From contig QPGO01000002.1 of NCBI GenBank assembly GCA_008632985.1, forward strand, positions 992,001 to 1,056,000: a stretch of 64,000 nt of DNA, written 5' to 3'. The position numbers were made by a program, and so were the translations under genes. Every line of letters starts with the position of its first letter. The stretch's first letter is position 1. Source of the DNA: Psammoneis japonica (taxonomy: Eukaryota). This document shows, piece after piece, positions 24,501 through 35,246 of this stretch. Below the pieces are notes generated by a model. That model worked only from the letters and a program-made list of their open reading frames with translations, had not been told where the DNA came from and ran no database searches.

Positions 24501-27500
24501 AAAATGTTGTGCGGAACAGCATCAGGAGAAAGGGTGTGTGCACTGGAAAACAACATGGACTTCCACATGCACGTTAAGGTGCGTGAAAAACACGTGGGTG
24601 CCTTCAAGTGACGCATGCGAACAATCACAAAGAAACATCCGGAAATGGAGACAGCATGGAGAGAAGTCAGAAACATGGATCCAAAACAAAGTGACACAAC
24701 AGAAAAAACAACAACAACAAGAGATGAAGGCAACGGCAATGGGATTGATGAAAAAGAAGGATTCAGATGGAAAGACACCAGAGACGGTGAAAACAGGCGG
24801 CGCCAAGACGAGGAAGGAAGAGAAAAACAGGACGGGCAAAATGAAGAAAGACAAAAAGAAGCCGACAACATGACGTCAAGAGGGGAGCAGCGATGCGATT
24901 CAGCGTTTCGAGGGACCTCTTCCTCTCGATGATGTTCACCCAAATGCAAGAAATGCAGTGTGGCTTTTTTGGAACGGTGACGAGGAAACATCCAATGCGG
25001 CAGCGGTGCATTTGAAATTCTTGCAAGAGAGCGGACAAGACACATGGAATGAAGAGGACGATGCGGACGACCAGGCAAATTGGAGCACAGTTGTTGATTA
25101 AATAATTGGTGCACACTTTGCATGATGAAAATTTCATTGCATGCAATTGCAATGTTTGGCTTGTCGTTAAAGATTGTCAGTTGTTGTGAAAAAGGCAGAG
25201 CACAAAAATTAAAAAACATCTGTGTTCAAACATGAAGAACAGCAGGAGATCAATGATCAACTAAATGACAAAGACTGTCATGTGCAGACAAGCAGATTTT
25301 ATAATGTGGCAGTGTGTTTTTATCATGTGTGCAGATGTTGCTGTGTCGTGCACTCTGATGCACCCACTTGCATCACTCAAGCACTCCAAGCTGCTGCCAC
25401 AGCATTGGGCCCAGCAAATTTGCTGGGTTCAGCCCCCAAACTCAGATGAGATGTTGCACTGCCTGCTGCGTTTGCAGGTGCTGAGCCTGTCATTTCACCT
25501 GGCACTCAAGCTTTAAGTGGCAACTTCACTTTGCATCAAAACAATGATGTGCCCCCATTGCCCATGAGAACTCTCATGACTCTTGAGCTCTGCAGCCCTC
25601 CTGCAGCCTGACTCACCCTCTCATCCCTGACTCTCTCTTGACCCACACAAGCTGCACCACTGCCTGCTCATTGTGGGTGAAACCCAGCAGCCCTGCTCTG
25701 TCTGCCTTTGGGTCCAAGAGAACAAGCTTCCCACTGATCTTGCACAGCACCATTGCTCTGCTCCATGCGCTGTGCATCTGCCAGCCATCTGTGTTTTGCT
25801 TTAGAGAGAGCAGGCAAGTTGGGGATGATTCAACAAATTCTGGCAGCAGCCAGTTCCCAAGATGTCACAAAGAGGAGCAAAACTGTCAAGGAACAGCACT
25901 TGGGACAAAAAAAGATTGGCTCCTCCTCTGATGGAGCAGCACTTGCCAGAGTTCTTGAAAAGCACAAGCAGACTGTGAACCAAATCTCACATGAAAGAAA
26001 TGCACCAGCCAGAGACAAGGGGACAAGAGAGATTTTGGAATTGCTGCAGAGGGTGCAGTGCAAGCCTCAAGAAGTTGAGTTTGTCAACCAACCATTGTGG
26101 AAGGTGCTCAAGGATCTTTTTCACGGCACCAAAAAAAGCTCACACCTGCCACCTGAGGTGTTTGGACTTGTCAAACAACACCACTGTGGAGAGACAATGG
26201 AGACATTGCAATCAATTATGCCTTTTGGGAAGAGCCAGCCACGACATTGTGAAACTCACATCTCTGTGGCATCCAAAGTGTTGGCAATGAAATCAAGCAT
26301 GTGTTTGTAAAGAATGTTCTGAGAAACTTCTTTGAAGCATGTTCACTTTCACAAAAAGCATGCCAACAAGTGGTTGGGAAACAATGTTCCACTTGCTCTT
26401 CATTCAACCCAAGAACAAGACTGGACGAAGCTGTCAGAAGTTGACAATTGGGCACAGGTGTGTTGGCCAACACAGTGCTCACCCCCCCTGCTCTTTTCTT
26501 GCTGCCAGCCCCCCCCAGAAAAAACTGGATGGTTGTGCTTCATGTCCTCTTGACTTCAGCTCCCAACTTTCCCATGCAAAGCCAACAGTGGGAGTTGACA
26601 ACATGGCACTCTTCCTTGTTCTTCTCACCAGCAGTGCTCTTGAAATGAAACGACAAGGTCAGCAGCACATCAAAAGCTCCAAGTTAAATGCTGTTCTGCA
26701 TGCAGAGTTGGGGGCAAAACTCATGTGATGTGCACCTCCTCAGCTGTCTGCCATGTGGAGCTTGCTGGCCAGTGAGCCAAAAACTGCTGAACAGCCAGGT
26801 GCCTTTTTTGCACAGCTGCACATGCCAAAATTGTGAGCCTCCATGCAAATCTGCTCAGTGCATTGACAAAAAGCTCTTTGTTTGTGCACCAACTGTGATC
26901 CAGCGATGCCACAAACTAGAATGCCCAGCTCACAACAGCCAGCCCAGCAGCTCCACTGCCAAACAAAATGGGAGCACAGCTGCCTCCAAATGCCAGGTTG
27001 GAGAACAAGGTCAGTGCAGGTTAAAAAACAAGTTTTGCTCAAACAACTCCAAGGATTGAGCAAGAACAGACAACAAAACAGAGGACTCTGGGAGTTGCTG
27101 AGCAGATGATGACTGACTTGGGCTGGCATCTTCATTGCCAGCCAGCACTTGCTCCTTTGCACAAAAGAAGTGCTTGTCATGAGAGTCATGTGGGCTGGTG
27201 TGTGCACAAAACAGATGCATTTGGTTGAGATCACTCGAGTGCTTGTTGAGTGCTGGCAGCAGCGCATGTGCACTGGCTGCTCCCTTGTTCTCTCCACTGT
27301 GCAGCAGAGGACAGCTTGGGCATCATTGGCTTTTCCCCTGCCTGTGCCAAGCAGCAAAGTGGCTGACAGCAATTTGGTGGGCTGCAAGTCGAAAATCCTC
27401 ACACCACCCAAGCACTTTGAAGGGCAACAAAGTGCAGCTGCTTTGTTGGGGACAAACACACCAGCACTTTGGACCCCCAAAAGTCAGCAGCAAGGTGCTG

Positions 27501-27830
27501 AGGCAATGTGCCATGTTGTTGTTGGGGAGGATGAGGGGGAAAACTTGTGAGCTTTCTGAGCTCTGGTGGACAGGGTGGCAAGGTCACCCCCCTGTTTCCG
27601 CCCAGCATGGGCGCGCCAGTTTCTGAGTGGCAGGTGTGTGTGAGGCTGGTGTTGCAATGTTGTTTGCAATGGCTGGCAGAGTTTGGCCGGCTTGGTTTGC
27701 TGGGGTTTCTTTGCTTGGGTTTTTCTTGGCCTTTGCTCAGCTCCGCATCGAGCTGCTGGCTGGCACAGCCTTTTTTTGGGAGTTTGATTGGGAGGTTCGA
27801 AGTTCCTGTTGGTGTGATGAGCCCACACAT
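18540..27830. mobile_element. Large TpA-depleted block of decayed multi-ORF repeat(s), unclassified
   Basis: Chain of broken protein-like minus-strand ORFs (18779-19180, 19793-20926, 20953-24543), rich in Cys/His and nearly lacking Tyr; 25220-27800 has also lost most CpG. No family motif recognised. Confidence 0.5.
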
Positions 27831-28180
27831 GTGGCAAGACTAAAAAAATTGAAAAAAATGAGTCCTTTGTCCACCCATGCCAAGCAAACCACCCGAGCGG
27901 TTTTGAGCCTGTTGTTGTGATGAGCCCACTCTTGGCGAGACTCAAAAAATTGCAAACCACCCGAGAGGTTTTGATCGGTTCGGAAAAATTGAACTTTCGC
28001 GCGCAGCGCGAACTTTCGGCGAAAGTTGCCCCCTTTTGGAGCGCGAAGCGCTCCAACTTTCGGCTGAAAGTTGGGAAACGGAGGGGGCGCGCGGAGGAAA
28101 AAAAGTTCGTCCGTTGAATCTTGGCTGTGAATCGTGAGAGTGCGTTAAGTCGTGCGTCAAGTCGTGCGTTGAGTCGTCTT
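27810..28180. repeat. Cluster of hairpins and short repeats, probable element terminus
   Basis: Hairpins 28011-28027, 28036-28056 (TTGGAGCGC-GAA-GCGCTCCAA) and 28053-28074; GCAAACCACCCGAG.GGTTTTGA twice; 12-mer GTGCGTYRAGTC three times at about 28140-28175. Confidence 0.8.
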
Positions 28181-28353
28181 GAAATTTGAAAAAAAATCAA
28201 AAATCAATCGAAACACGAAAGCTCACGCGATGAGCGATGGAAACATGTTACCGTCGCACGCGAATCCTCATACGGAAGGCCTTTTCTCCTACTGTACTGT
28301 GGAGGATACTGTAGAGAAGTTTCCTGAATACCCAAAGTGCAGTGGATGGCAGA

Positions 28354-28979
28354 ATGGTTAAGAAGCGAAGTTTTGAGGGAGGAACTGCCGACGACGCAAT
28401 AGTTGTAGACAGCGCAAGCGACGACGAAGGTGGAAAAGACTTTGAGAGTGTGGCTATTGCTCCAAACCTACCGGCATCATCAAGATTTGGCAGTGCTGGC
28501 AAAGGTGAACCATCAAGGAAGAAGAAACGAGGGCGTCCTCGAAAGATCCGATCGCCCAAATTCTCCATCTCGGACACGCCCATATTTTCATACACCGGAT
28601 CTTCCATTGAATTTGACGTTGTCGGAAAGCCAATGCCAAAGTCAAGACCAAAGCATGGGTGGAATGGAAATGTTTACAATCCAAACCAAGCTGATGAGAA
28701 AGAGTTTGCAAGTGTAGCATCAGATCTCTGCCGATCAAGACTAGATTCAGTACCAAAGTTCCGTGACGGTGTGTTGTTGAAGGCTCGGATTGAATTTACT
28801 TTTCCTGGAAGAGTCTCAAGGATACAGGAGACATTGACAATCTCTGTAAGTTTGTTTTGGACAGCTTAAACACAGTGTTGTATCAAGATGATTGGCAAGT
28901 GTCACACTTATCGGCGAAAAAGGTACTTGCTTCGTCCGAATCTGCCGGACGTACAGCAGTCGAATTGAAGCGAATTTGA
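28354..28979 (+). CDS. AT-hook plus RusA-family Holliday junction resolvase (frameshift near 28815)
   Basis: KKRGRPRK AT-hook; VVGKPMPKSRP..VYNP; the shifted frame gives GDIDNLCKFVLDSLNTVLYQDDWQV, the RusA D.DN..K..D..DD signature. Confidence 0.8.
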
Positions 28980-29407
28980 AACAAATAATTCTATACGATT
29001 ATAACAAGCACTGTATCACCTACTCACTTGACGTGTGCCTAGAGTAGTCATGTTTTATTTTAGCCCACTTGTGTCGTGAGACAAGCACTTGCTTCGTCTG
29101 AATCGGCTGGACGCACGGTCGTCTCTCTGAACCAAATTTGAAATAGATAGTATATTATTTCACTTGGCATGTGCTATACCTTACTTTGGTGCACTTCTTT
29201 GACTGGCAAGTTGTGGAGCCGTCGGCATGAAAAGTATACATTTTTCGTCTGAATAGATCGGACGCATGACAATCTGGCGGACGCAAAATCTGGAGTCGTT
29301 GCACCGCACCAAATTTGAAATAGACAGTTCTATAAGCTTCTATTGGTACAGTAACACACAATTACTTTACATACATTTTACTTTCACCTAATTCTTTGCA
29401 TGTGGGT

Positions 29408-31942
29408 TCACGGTTTTTTCGGACTAGTTCCAGAAGCTTTGGATACAACCTTTTTCACAAACCCTACCAAGACGCTCGTTCGCTGCTCGCCGATGGTTGA
29501 TATGTTCTGATTCTTCTTGTACGCTATAACTCGAGCACCTAGACCTATGAAGGTAGGCTGTGCTCTTCCCTTCTTCTTGTTATCCAGGGGGCTCTTCATG
29601 CCAGCGTCTTCTTCCATCTTTCTCATTTTTTGCAGGCAAGTGTTTTGCACGGCGTAACAAACATTGTGGAATTCGACGGATGCATGGTCATGAATACGTA
29701 TCGTATGCCACTGGTCTTCCGTCATGACGTGTTCTAGGAGCTCCATAGCTGCTTTAAACTTCTGTGGCTCTGCTTCACTGTTTGGAAACTTGAGGTGCAA
29801 AAGCCGCTCCTTGGATGACGAAGAAAGGTGTCCATGCTGCTTGAAGAAACTTGGGCATACATGCAGAGAGATTTTTGCGCCTGTACTGTTTACCAAGCCA
29901 TCCACTTGCTCCTGCAATGTCAGTTTCTTTTTCTTTTTGTTTGAAAACTTCTTACTCACAACTCCGGCCGAGAACAGTGTCGCGACAGCGGGAGGTCGTT
30001 GCTTTCGCGTGGAGGCCGTGACAGGCTGAGTCGCAGTGGCTGACTCGTCAGAATCCACACGACGTCGAGAAGCAGCCGGCGCGTCACCATCATCAGTAGT
30101 AGTAGCATCAGCATCTGGTGGGCTTACAGCATAGGCAGCCACATTGTTGTTTTGAGTGGAGCCGGCGTTTTCATCAATAACGTTGCACTCGATGCCGCCG
30201 TCTCGATTGGATATTTTTTCGTCCGCAAAATCCGTCGTGCTATCTTCCTCCTCCGATGATAGGAGTTCAATATTCCTTTTCTTACTGGACTGATTGGCCT
30301 CAAGCTGAGCCATCTCCAAGTTGCGAATCGCGTGGGCTTGCTCGGAAAGCTCGGTACGTTGTGCATCACACACTGATAATACACGAGACAGTAGCTCATT
30401 CTGCTGCTTTATCTGTAAAGCAAGGTTGATGTCACTTGAAAGATCCGGGTTGCGGTCTTGAAAGCTAGCGTCTATTTTCTTTCCCCAGATCCGAAGCACT
30501 TGTGAGGTGTCAGCCGTGTCACCATCACGAATCTTCGCTTCTGCTGCAGCACGCTCCAACGTGTACACGATTTGATGGTTTTGACGAAGCTCCTTCGAAA
30601 CTTCAGCGTGATGCCGAATCATACTAGCCGTGCAAGAACGCAAGAAGGGACGCAGCTCCCCTCCTTTCAGAAATTGAGCAAGAGAGTCAGAGATCATATA
30701 CAATTTTTCAATGAGACGTTCAACATCATCTTGTACATGGCTCCCAAGGCATTCCAAGTTTGGAGCAAATTTCTTGCCGGCAGTATCATCCCAGCCCATC
30801 ATCGCGTTTGCCGCTGGAAGAGTGAGCTGCGGTGTAATTCGTTTGTAAGTCTTGCCATTGGCAGCTCCGGGCGCCCATCCAACTCGAGCGTCCGCTTCTT
30901 CAACTGACACTCCTCGATGCGAATTCAAGAATGTAGCCATACCAACTCGAACAGACTTAGAAGAATAATCGTTCTGTAGAACCGGGTTGACCTTGCTTCG
31001 AATGATAGACGTCAACTTAGCGGCAACATGCTTGTCGCTCACGCTCCACAAGTCTGGAAAAGTGCACTTGTGGAGCTCCTTCTCCATGCTGTCTGGACGA
31101 TAGAGACCTTTCTCACAAGAATAGAAACACGCGAAAGCATGGTAGAGATCAAAGAGATAAGACTTTTTGTTTGGTGGGAAGAGGAGTCCATACAAATCCA
31201 CAGTCTTCGGCTCACACCACGTTGCTTCCAAATTCTCATAAAATAAATCCCAGAACCATTCATCGTGCCGTTGATGCCTCACTTCCCCTCCACGTCCAGC
31301 AGCCATAGCACCCATCAAAATCCAGCAACGCTGCTGAAGAGGGCCATTGTTCATCATTGGATAATTGCATTGCAGAACAAGAGCAAGAAGCAACGTCTCG
31401 ATGTCGTTTGCGAATGCACCGTTCTCGCGTCTCAACATTGAATTTCTGTCAGACGTAAGAATAGTATTTCGCTGCTTGGCTCGAACATATTCTGAAGACA
31501 CGTTTGGAACCAGGGGCAAAGTCCTTTTGTCAGAATGCTCCATGCTAAGGAGGTTGGCTTTATCAGTGGCCTTTGCCACATCTTTGAACAGAGGCTTGCA
31601 CCACTTGTCCTCGTCTTCCCAGTCAGGGTGCTTGGGGAACTTCATTTTTAGCGCTTCTTTGACCTTTCCAAAAATTCGCTGCTTTCCGTCAATTCCTGCT
31701 AGCCCGTTGGAGGGATTGTCATGCCGATGGATGGGCTCATCCGACAAGAACTTGCTGAAGCGCATCATAAGTGTCCTGAGGTGGCATCCATCCACATGAC
31801 GTTCCTCCAATCCGTGAAACGGCTTGTCTTGTTTTTTGTCTTGAAACGCGTCAAACGTTTTGATTGCAGACTTATCGCCACTTATGGTAGAAGGGGCCCT
31901 AGACGCCTTCATGATTGGCGCCTCAAGGGTCGAAGTGGGCAT
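29408..31942 (-). CDS. Crypton-like tyrosine recombinase, 844 aa
   Basis: AAGRGGEV (Arg I), YSSKSVRVGMAT (H-x-x-R box variant), RVGW..GKTY (Trp and catalytic Tyr); no RT nearby. Confidence 0.7.
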   Translation of the reverse strand: MPTSTLEAPIMKASRAPSTISGDKSAIKTFDAFQDKKQDKPFHGLEERHVDGCHLRTLMMRFSKFLSDEPIHRHDNPSNGLAGIDGKQRIFGKVKEALKMKFPKHPDWEDEDKWCKPLFKDVAKATDKANLLSMEHSDKRTLPLVPNVSSEYVRAKQRNTILTSDRNSMLRRENGAFANDIETLLLALVLQCNYPMMNNGPLQQRCWILMGAMAAGRGGEVRHQRHDEWFWDLFYENLEATWCEPKTVDLYGLLFPPNKKSYLFDLYHAFACFYSCEKGLYRPDSMEKELHKCTFPDLWSVSDKHVAAKLTSIIRSKVNPVLQNDYSSKSVRVGMATFLNSHRGVSVEEADARVGWAPGAANGKTYKRITPQLTLPAANAMMGWDDTAGKKFAPNLECLGSHVQDDVERLIEKLYMISDSLAQFLKGGELRPFLRSCTASMIRHHAEVSKELRQNHQIVYTLERAAAEAKIRDGDTADTSQVLRIWGKKIDASFQDRNPDLSSDINLALQIKQQNELLSRVLSVCDAQRTELSEQAHAIRNLEMAQLEANQSSKKRNIELLSSEEEDSTTDFADEKISNRDGGIECNVIDENAGSTQNNNVAAYAVSPPDADATTTDDGDAPAASRRRVDSDESATATQPVTASTRKQRPPAVATLFSAGVVSKKFSNKKKKKLTLQEQVDGLVNSTGAKISLHVCPSFFKQHGHLSSSSKERLLHLKFPNSEAEPQKFKAAMELLEHVMTEDQWHTIRIHDHASVEFHNVCYAVQNTCLQKMRKMEEDAGMKSPLDNKKKGRAQPTFIGLGARVIAYKKNQNISTIGEQRTSVLVGFVKKVVSKASGTSPKKP

Positions 31943-33010
31943 GCTGCACGGCTGCTCTGTTGTTGCGGGTGGCTTCTGTGACAGCTGTGTGGCTGCGTCT
32001 GCTTTTTTGTGAGACGATATCTCCTCCGTGCCGTGTCTCTAGTCTCGAACTTTAGCACGGTATCGCAGAAGTCTTGCGGGTGGTGGTGAATCTGATGATG
32101 TAAAAATTCTGGCGCGTTTCAAGGTTATGTGTGTATACAGACATGTGATGTTATATTTACATCAACTTTCAGAGAACTTTCGGGTTACTTCTTCTGAAAG
32201 TTGCCAAATCTATTCCGGAAAGAGCAGCAAATTGCCCGAGCAGTTTTGAGCTGCACCGCACGACTAAAAAATTTAGTATCATGAAGATAGAACGACTTTC
32301 AGAAAGAGTGAATGACCTTGCTGCAGTGGCTTACAGTACAAAGATCCATGAGCATCCATCAGTTAAAAGTCTACAGTATCCGGTCTTTGTGTCGATGTCT
32401 CGATGTCTTATCTTTTTTTTCCAATTCTACGAATCCTTACGTAGAATTTCAATAATGTCAAGATCAAACTGTCAATGGCCACATACACATGACTGATGAG
32501 AGCCAACAGACTCTCATCCCGCGGCCGCCTGTGCACAGTTGACTTGTGCGTCAAGTAAGTTCTCTTGTTTTTTTGCGTTCTTCACAGTTCTTCAGAAGTT
32601 TATTATCACATTTTGTGTTCCGCCTTACACGCTGACTCACATCATTTTGCAACATCATCGCACATCATGTTTTAAAGTTTCGCTCGTCATACCGTAGAAT
32701 TTTCGCCACGAAAATAACTGCGCGATGCACGACGTGTCCTTTCTATTCTACAGAAAGATTAGTACTTATCTAGCTAGGTACTTCTACTACGTCCGACAGG
32801 ATCACGACTAGGGTCATTGTTCTAGAAGCGCATTCTTCTCACAAAATACCGTAGCTGTTTCATCGTCCTCGCATGCCTCTAACCAAGAATAACAACAGCC
32901 GGATCTTTGTTTCAGCTTATCACGACTGCAGTCATCGTTCTAGAAGCACGCTCTTCTTCCTTCTTCCTGTCCTCGCAAATTTGGCCGTTCGTCGTTCTCA
33001 CTTCCCCGGC

Positions 33011-35149
33011 ATGAACAACAACAGCCAGATCTACGAAAGTGCGACCAACAACTTGGTGAAAGACGACGAGTTCCAAACGAAAGGCCTTTCAAGCTTTCAG
33101 AAGATTGTCACGGCATGCACCGACAGCATGAGGGACCTTCGCGATCATAAAAGTTCTGATCCCACCATTCATATGCTCGAAGAAGGAATAGGAATGTCCT
33201 TGGATGCATCGACATTGCACGCCACCAAGGTACTGAAAGAGAAGGAAGGGCATTCTCAACCAAATCTCGAAAAGCCGGCTGTAGAGAAGAGCATCTCACG
33301 TTTTGGAATGTATTCAGTGATTTCGTTTTTCATGGCGTTTTGCCTCGTGTATAGCGTTATTACAGCTTTTACTCCCATGCCCACGGGACTATTATCATCT
33401 GAGTGCAGCTGTCGAGGTTTCAATCATTGCATCTGCATCAGAGAGGAAACAGAAGCTTATACTGCTTTTGAGTTGTTCTGTTTGGCAAACGCACGAGCGT
33501 CAGCTTATTGCCTTTATCCGCTCTACATCATCATGTTTCTATCAATGTCTCGGAACCTTCGAACGAAGCTACAACGTACAATCGTTGCAGAGTTTATTCC
33601 ACTTACAAGCCTACATGCTCTTCATGCATGGGCAGGGACGTTGATTGGCGTTGTTATATTCTGGCACGCTCTATGGCATTTCATCCGATGGGGAGTACAA
33701 GGCAAGCTATTGTCCATGACATTCGCGACTCAAGTTGGTATCACGGGGTTCATCGCTCTTGTCATTACCCCGGCACTTGTCTGGCCGATGCGCCTGGCCA
33801 AGCTTCGGTCAAGGATTAACTTTGAAACAAGAAAGAGAATGCACTATTTGAGCTGGGTATGGGCAACTCTGCTGTGCTTCCACTCTCCCGCATCGCATAT
33901 ATTCTGGATCATTGGATCAGCTTTTTTGGTGTACCTGGTTGATTGGACATACGGTCTCTTTATGACGACTCACCTAGTTCCATCAGCACGTTTTGTGCTG
34001 CTGGAATCAGCGATTATGATTCGTGTTCAAAAGCCCGATGGATTTCATCTTGCGGGATCAGACGGCTATTGCTACCTTTGCGTACCGTGGATATCAAAGT
34101 ATGAATGGCACACATTCTCCGCTTACAAGGACCCCTTTGACAGCGAGTACGTTTGCTTTTGCATCTCAGTTGTTGGCGACTGGACCAAGAAACTCCAAGA
34201 CGAGATTCGCGAACCCATTTATCGAAGGCTTTGGATCTGTGGTCCGTTTGCGTCGCCCTTCGAGAAGGCTTGCCTTCAAGACAATACTATTTCAATTGCT
34301 AGTGGGATTGGCATTGCTCCCGCTGTCAGTGCAATCAACTCCCTTTCGACTACCCGCAAGATGCATTTGATATGGATTTGTAGAGAGGCAGGACTCGTAG
34401 AATTCATGGTTGATTACGGCGCGATGTTTGATGACGAAGCATACACATTTGTCTTTTACACGGGCAAACGTGAGCTCGTCTTTAGACGCAAGCTTCCGCC
34501 TAATTTGTTTCTGCTAAAGGGCCGACCGGATCTCAGCAATCTCATTGCCGCGTTAGTCCGTAGTGGTGGAGACGATTGTGATGAACTGGATCTCTCGTCT
34601 TATGAAAAGGTCAACAATGACTTAATGCAAGGCGAGGACGTGGAAGGTGTGCCATCTGCCGAACAGACGTTCTATACAGAGATGCTTCGGCTTCTCTTCT
34701 CATACACGGCCGAGGAGCTCTTTAATGATGCTGTTCGAAGGTCGCGTTTCACTAGCCGGTGTGTCTGTTATGACGGTCTCAAGGAGTTAGTGAATGATTT
34801 GTTTGATCGAAAGTTATCCGACGAACAGCTGCAAATCGTTTTTGATCGGATAGACCATGACAAGAACGGATCTATTGAATTTGAAGAGTTCAATGCATTC
34901 ATTGAAGAGATGGAAGAGGATGCAGCGAAAGACTCCAGAAGGCAGCGACTTGCTCTTGAAGACTTCCACGAGACAATGCAACGTCGAATCAGCAGCAGAT
35001 TTGAACCGGGAACACGCTTCACTGAAGAGGTTGATAATCCCGGGTGGAGGCTAATGTACTGTGGCGGAAGCGCAGGGATCGTTAGACTTCTCAAAGTCAT
35101 TTCCAAAAAGAACGATATTCCTCTTTCGCTCGAGAGCTTTCAATGGTAG
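33011..35149 (+). CDS. Ferric reductase/NADPH oxidase (NOX-like) with EF-hand, copy 2
   Basis: Same motifs as copy 1 and near-identical protein; start could alternatively be 32873. Confidence 0.88.
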   Translation: MNNNSQIYESATNNLVKDDEFQTKGLSSFQKIVTACTDSMRDLRDHKSSDPTIHMLEEGIGMSLDASTLHATKVLKEKEGHSQPNLEKPAVEKSISRFGMYSVISFFMAFCLVYSVITAFTPMPTGLLSSECSCRGFNHCICIREETEAYTAFELFCLANARASAYCLYPLYIIMFLSMSRNLRTKLQRTIVAEFIPLTSLHALHAWAGTLIGVVIFWHALWHFIRWGVQGKLLSMTFATQVGITGFIALVITPALVWPMRLAKLRSRINFETRKRMHYLSWVWATLLCFHSPASHIFWIIGSAFLVYLVDWTYGLFMTTHLVPSARFVLLESAIMIRVQKPDGFHLAGSDGYCYLCVPWISKYEWHTFSAYKDPFDSEYVCFCISVVGDWTKKLQDEIREPIYRRLWICGPFASPFEKACLQDNTISIASGIGIAPAVSAINSLSTTRKMHLIWICREAGLVEFMVDYGAMFDDEAYTFVFYTGKRELVFRRKLPPNLFLLKGRPDLSNLIAALVRSGGDDCDELDLSSYEKVNNDLMQGEDVEGVPSAEQTFYTEMLRLLFSYTAEELFNDAVRRSRFTSRCVCYDGLKELVNDLFDRKLSDEQLQIVFDRIDHDKNGSIEFEEFNAFIEEMEEDAAKDSRRQRLALEDFHETMQRRISSRFEPGTRFTEEVDNPGWRLMYCGGSAGIVRLLKVISKKNDIPLSLESFQW

Positions 35150-35246
35150 TGCGATAGTCTACTGCGCCTGACAGTTCGACGGACGTATTAGATCATTAGG
35201 TACATGTAACAAATAGAGATATTCGTGTCGCGAGAGCGTACTCACT

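Noticed and set aside
8816..27950. Dozens of overlapping Cys/His/Gln/Trp-rich ORFs in all six frames (also 54-60 kb and 62-63.5 kb)
   Set aside because: By-product of TpA loss, which removes TAA and TAG stops; not real genes.
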